Shown piece by piece: positions 62,960 through 64,000 of a stretch of DNA of 64,000 nucleotides (its first letter is position 1; the number at the start of each line of letters is the position of its first letter). Source of the DNA: Chiloscyllium plagiosum (taxonomy: Eukaryota); assembly GCF_004010195.1 (NCBI RefSeq), contig NC_057718.1, positions 5,995,110-6,059,109 of the forward strand, in the 5' to 3' direction. The position numbers and the translations under genes are program-made. The notes under the pieces were generated by a model. It worked only from the letters and a program-made list of their open reading frames with translations, had not been told where the DNA came from and did not search any database.

Positions 62960-63435
62960 TTAAAAACCAAAAAAACTGCAGATTCTGTAAATCACAAAGA
63001 CAAACAGAAATTGCTGAAAAACCTCAGCAGGTCCAGCAGCATCTGTGGAGAGAAATCAAAGTTAACGTTTCAGGTCCAGTGACCCTTCCTTAGAACATGG
63101 TTCTGAGGAACGGTCACTGGACACGAAAAGTTAATTTTGCTTTCTCTCCATAGAGCTGAAAATGTGTTGCTGGAAAAGCACAGCAGGTCAGGCAGCATCC
63201 AAGGAACAGGAGAATCGACGTTTCGGGCATAAGCCCTTCTTCAGGAATGAAGCCTGAAGAAGGGCTTATGCCCGAAACGTCGATTCTCCTGTTCCCTGGA
63301 TGCTGCCTGACCTGCTGCGCTTTTCCAGCAACACATTTTCAGCTCTGATCTCCAGCATCTGCAGCCCTCATTTTCTCCTTTCTCTCCATAGATGCTACCA
63401 GACCTGCTGAGCTTTTCCAACGATTTCTGTTTTTA
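62960..63435. mobile_element. Older fold-back element hosting the 63155-63377 insert
   Basis: Inverted arms ctcagcagg..agcatctgtggagagaaa. Degenerate CUxAGGA-GGGUC-ACUG-GACCU-GAAACGUU cores. Confidence 0.75.
63155..63377. mobile_element. Young fold-back (Penelope-derived) element with a hammerhead core on each strand
   Basis: About 94-bp near-perfect arms (63152-63245 and 63253-63346), a 3' tail, and a 15-bp TSD CTTTCTCTCCATAGA. Confidence 0.85.
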
Positions 63436-64000
63436 TCACTTACGTGTTGTTCTAGATGTTAAACATTCTGACCTCAATTTTACGACTGTAAGCTATTCAG
63501 CTCATTGGGTTCCCGTTGGTGTTTTGATTGAAAATGTTAGGCCATTGTATCACTACTGAACAAAGAGTAACTGCCATCCTTCTTGTACACATAATGGTAC
63601 AAAAGTATAAAGCAATTGGTTATTTATCTCTATACCATTTGTGGGAGTGTACTCATCACTGCTTTGTTTATTACACCTTGTATATCTCACTTCCCTACGT
63701 GCCCCCAATTTCATGAAGGCGCCCACTCCTGGTAGATATGATCCATGACTATCCAGCAGTCTTTGGAGCTTTACCTCAGTACCATGTCTCCACATCTAAG
63801 ACTTGTCTGTTACAGTGAGCAGACTGCTTGTTCCTGGGGGTAACTCAGCAAAAGTCCCACGTTTAAATACACTGTTCAGAAACTCACAACCAGGAGTATG
63901 ACACTTAGGTTTCCTTCTTTGACATCCAAGACCACTCTGAGGAGAAAGTGAGGACTGCAGATGCTGGAGATCAGAGCTGAGGAAGAAGGGCTCATACCCG

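Noticed and set aside
63155..63377. pre-miRNA hairpin
   Set aside because: Multi-copy, TSD-flanked repeat with overly long perfect arms. It could yield siRNA but there is no support for a miRNA gene.

Overview
Vertebrate genomic DNA, inferred to be from a cartilaginous fish (shark) because of HE1/V-SINEs, DeuSINE-like SINEs and the CR1 families present. The minus strand carries the 3' end of collagen XII alpha 1 (COL12A1): seven in-frame exons (61377 down to 31500) encode the end of COL2, NC2, COL1 and the FACIT GYC-x4-C motif. Two alternative terminal acceptors follow: 26220 gives a short 'GSG*' NC1 and 24508 gives a long acidic NC1. They share a TE-free 3'UTR ending near an AATAAA at 23018-23023. 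A third C-terminus by donor read-through is possible. The rest is a heavily nested transposon landscape: many CR1 fragments; one near full-length CR1 (40621-44867, with a 533-N gap) inside an older LINE with a tRNA-like head; Tx1 3'-end tandems; Tc1/mariner MITEs; and Harbinger and Gypsy remnants. There are also many Penelope-derived pseudo-LTR and fold-back elements that carry minimal hammerhead ribozyme cores, some on both strands, several bounded by 8-15 bp target-site duplications. All TE family names come from recognition by eye, not database searches, and TE boundaries are approximate.
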